64,000 bases of DNA. Source: Leucoraja ocellata. Taxonomy: Eukaryota. The notes beneath the pieces are model-generated. The model did no database searches. It had not been told where the DNA came from and saw only the letters and a list, made by a program, of their open reading frames with translations. The stretch is from assembly GCA_036785375.1 (NCBI GenBank), contig JAWMAR010000545.1:682001-746000 (forward strand). Reading direction: 5' to 3'. This document shows positions 61,585-64,000 of this stretch, piece after piece. The translations under genes and the position numbers were made by a program. How positions within the stretch are numbered: position 1 is the first letter of the stretch; each line of letters starts with the position of its first letter.

Positions 61585-62245
61585 GAAGGCGAATGGTATG
61601 TTAGCATTCATAGCAAAAGGATTGAGTGTAGGAGCTGGGAGGTTCTACTGCAGTTGTACAGGGTCTTGGTGAGACCACACCTGGAGTATTGCGTAGAGTT
61701 TTGGTCTCCTAATCTGAGGAAAGACATTCTTGCCATAGAGGGAGTACAGAGAAGGTTCACCAGACTGATTACTGGGATGTCAGGACTTTCATATGAAGAA
61801 AGACTGGATAGACTTGGTTTGTACACGCTAGAATTTAGAAGATTGAGGGGGGATCTTATAGAAACTTACAAAATACTTAAGGGGTTGGACAGGCTAGATG
61901 CAGGAAGATTGTTCCCGATGTTGGAGAAGTCCAGAACAAGGGGTCACAGTTTAAGGATAAGGGGGAAATCCTTTAGGACCGAAATGAGAAAAACATTTTT
62001 CACACAGAGTGGTGAATCTCTGGAATTCTCTGCCACAGAAGGTAGTTGAGGCCAGTTCATTGGCTATATTTAGGAGGTAGTTAGATGTGTCCCTTGTGGC
62101 TAAAGGGATCAGGGGGTATGGAGAGAAGGCAGGTACAGGATACGGAGTTGGATGATCAGCCATGATCATATTGAATGGCAGTGCAGGCTCGAAGGGCCGA
62201 ATGGCCTACTCCTGCACCTATTTTCTATGTTTCTATGTATGTTTC
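61585..62245 (+). mobile_element. CR1 LINE 3' end (best preserved copy)
   Basis: ORF 61555-62049 LYRVLVRPHLEYCVEFWSPNLRKDILAIEGVQRRFTRLI..RLRGDLIETYKILKG..SRTRGHSLRI; tail (tttctatg)n. Confidence 0.92.
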
Positions 62246-62814
62246 AAAGTATGAGACTTGGTCAGAGAAATTCAATGAATTCTCTATTTCAATAAATAAA
62301 GAAAATTAGGTACTTTTTTTAACTAATAGGTTCCAAATTAGTTCGCTTTGTAAATTATGTAGAAGGGGATACTCTTAAATTACATGTTGAATGGTAGAAG
62401 TGAAGTTAAAGAGGATATTGATTGCAGAAAATAATTAGATATGTTATGGCAGTCCAGTGTACATGCATTTATGAGTAGCACTGAGAAGATATTGCTTGTA
62501 ACAGATAAACTATGGAGGTACAACAATCTTCATTCCATTTTGAAAATATGTTCAGGGGGTAAATCAAATATTTGCCCCCAAAAAACTGTCCTGTGGACCT
62601 TGATCTATATTTAGGTCGATTATAATTAGATGGCATGACTTTGAGCTGCTTGCACTTTATACGCAATTACTCCTGTTTGCAACCAGTGCCAAAAGGATGA
62701 CATTGTGATGTTCAATGTGCTTTAAGACAGCCTGCTAATGTGGAAGCGGATTATGGAAATTATGCAGGAAGTTAATTAAACTTGGAAATCATTGAAGAAT
62801 ATATTGTGGGATAT

Positions 62815-63075
62815 TCAGCCCACTGAGTCCGCACTGACCAGCGATCCTCATATAATGACACTATTCTACACACTAGGGACAATTTACAATGTTTACTGAA
62901 GCCAATTTACTTGCAAACCTGTACATCACTGGAGCATGAGAGGAAACCGGAGCAACCGGAGAAAGACAGCACCATCATGGGGAGAATGTACAATCTATGT
63001 ATAGACAGCACCCGTAGTCAGGATCGAACCCGCGTCTCTGACGCAGCAACTCTACCTCTGCGCCACTGTGCTGCC
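62815..63075 (-). mobile_element. HE1-type V-SINE
   Basis: Minus strand ggcagcacagtggcgcagaggtagagttgctgc..ggttcgatcctgactacgggtgctgtc...ccggttgctccggttttcctc. Confidence 0.85.
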
Positions 63076-63427
63076 TTGGTGTAGGTCCCACTAAAGCCCT
63101 GTGCAATTACATTCCTGGTCCAGAATTTAGATCTCGTTGCTCCACCACTGTGTGTGTGCGCTGTGTGACACAATTTCACCGAAGAATCAGTCAAAGGAAA
63201 ATTGGAAACTCACATTGAGTTGCACAAAGTCTACAATTGTCTCTCCTGGCCACGGGGAATTCCACCAAAAGCAATGGTGTTCGCCAAGTCTGTGTCATTT
63301 AGCAAATGATCAGACGCCATTTCTAAACAAACGAGCAGTTTTGGCACCATCTTTGCCAAAGACGAGGTTATTCATTGAATTTAAATTTGACAGCGTTTGC
63401 AGAGAGATTTGATCTCCGAACTCCGGT

Positions 63428-63712
63428 CATAGAATGATACAGTGTGGAAACAGGCCCTTCGACCCTACTTGCCTACACTGGCCAACAATGTCCCAGCTGC
63501 ACTAATCTCAGCTGTCTGCGCTTGGCCCATATCCCCCCAAACCTGTACTATCCATGTACCTGTCAAGCTGTTTCTTAAACGTTGGGATAGTTCCAGCCTC
63601 AACTACCTCATCTGGCAGCTTGTTCCATACACCCACCACCCTGTGTGAAAAAGTTACTCCTCAGATTCCTATTAAATATTTTCCCCTTCACCTTGAACCT
63701 ATGTCCTCTGGT
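63428..63712 (-). mobile_element. CR1 3' end
   Basis: Minus strand accagaggacataggttcaagg...cacacagggtggtgggtgtatggaac...gggcctgtttccacactgtatcattctatga. Confidence 0.85.
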
Positions 63713-64000
63713 CCCTGGATGTTTTAGTCTCGCTCTCTAGAGCTACTGATCTAATTTACTTTAATGGGGTCTGTGTTCTGGAAAGAATGTGCATTCAGCA
63801 CATTTACATGCATTTTTGTCCCCTGGCATAATTTATTGTGTGTTATTTCTTTATCATTCGTCAATGGTCACGAAATGTATTATGTTTCAAAGTAAGAGTT
63901 TCCTGTCTGTAAAATGGACATTCCAGAACCACTTTGAGAATATGTTGATGGCTTTTCAGAGCAGATTTGATTTGTTCCTTCTGTAATGTGGTAAAATATT

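Overview
Eukaryotic, repeat-dense genomic DNA. The repeat complement (HE1-type V-SINEs with CR1-like tails, many CR1 3' ends, Rex1/Babar LINEs, Penelope remnants, Deu-domain SINE relics) points to a cartilaginous fish, probably a skate or ray; this is inferred, not searched. No intact host gene is present. One 57-nt minus-strand candidate exon (36554-36610) suggests the window may lie in a large intron. Nearly all long ORFs are transposon-derived. Highlights: (1) a 144-bp SINE-like element (43637-43780, minus) whose first 54 nt fold as a minimal HDV/CPEB3-type ribozyme starting exactly at the element's 5' end; (2) about 20 Penelope-derived short elements, often palindromic, carrying minimal hammerhead cores, several with clear TSDs and one with three cores; (3) four PIF/Harbinger-type MITEs of three internal types sharing one TIR, two with TTA/TAA-discordant TSDs; (4) an internally deleted Gypsy element with both LTRs, a tRNA-Trp PBS and a PPT; (5) a 53-bp locally templated insertion inside a SINE. 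All calls were made by eye, and boundaries of degraded repeats are approximate.
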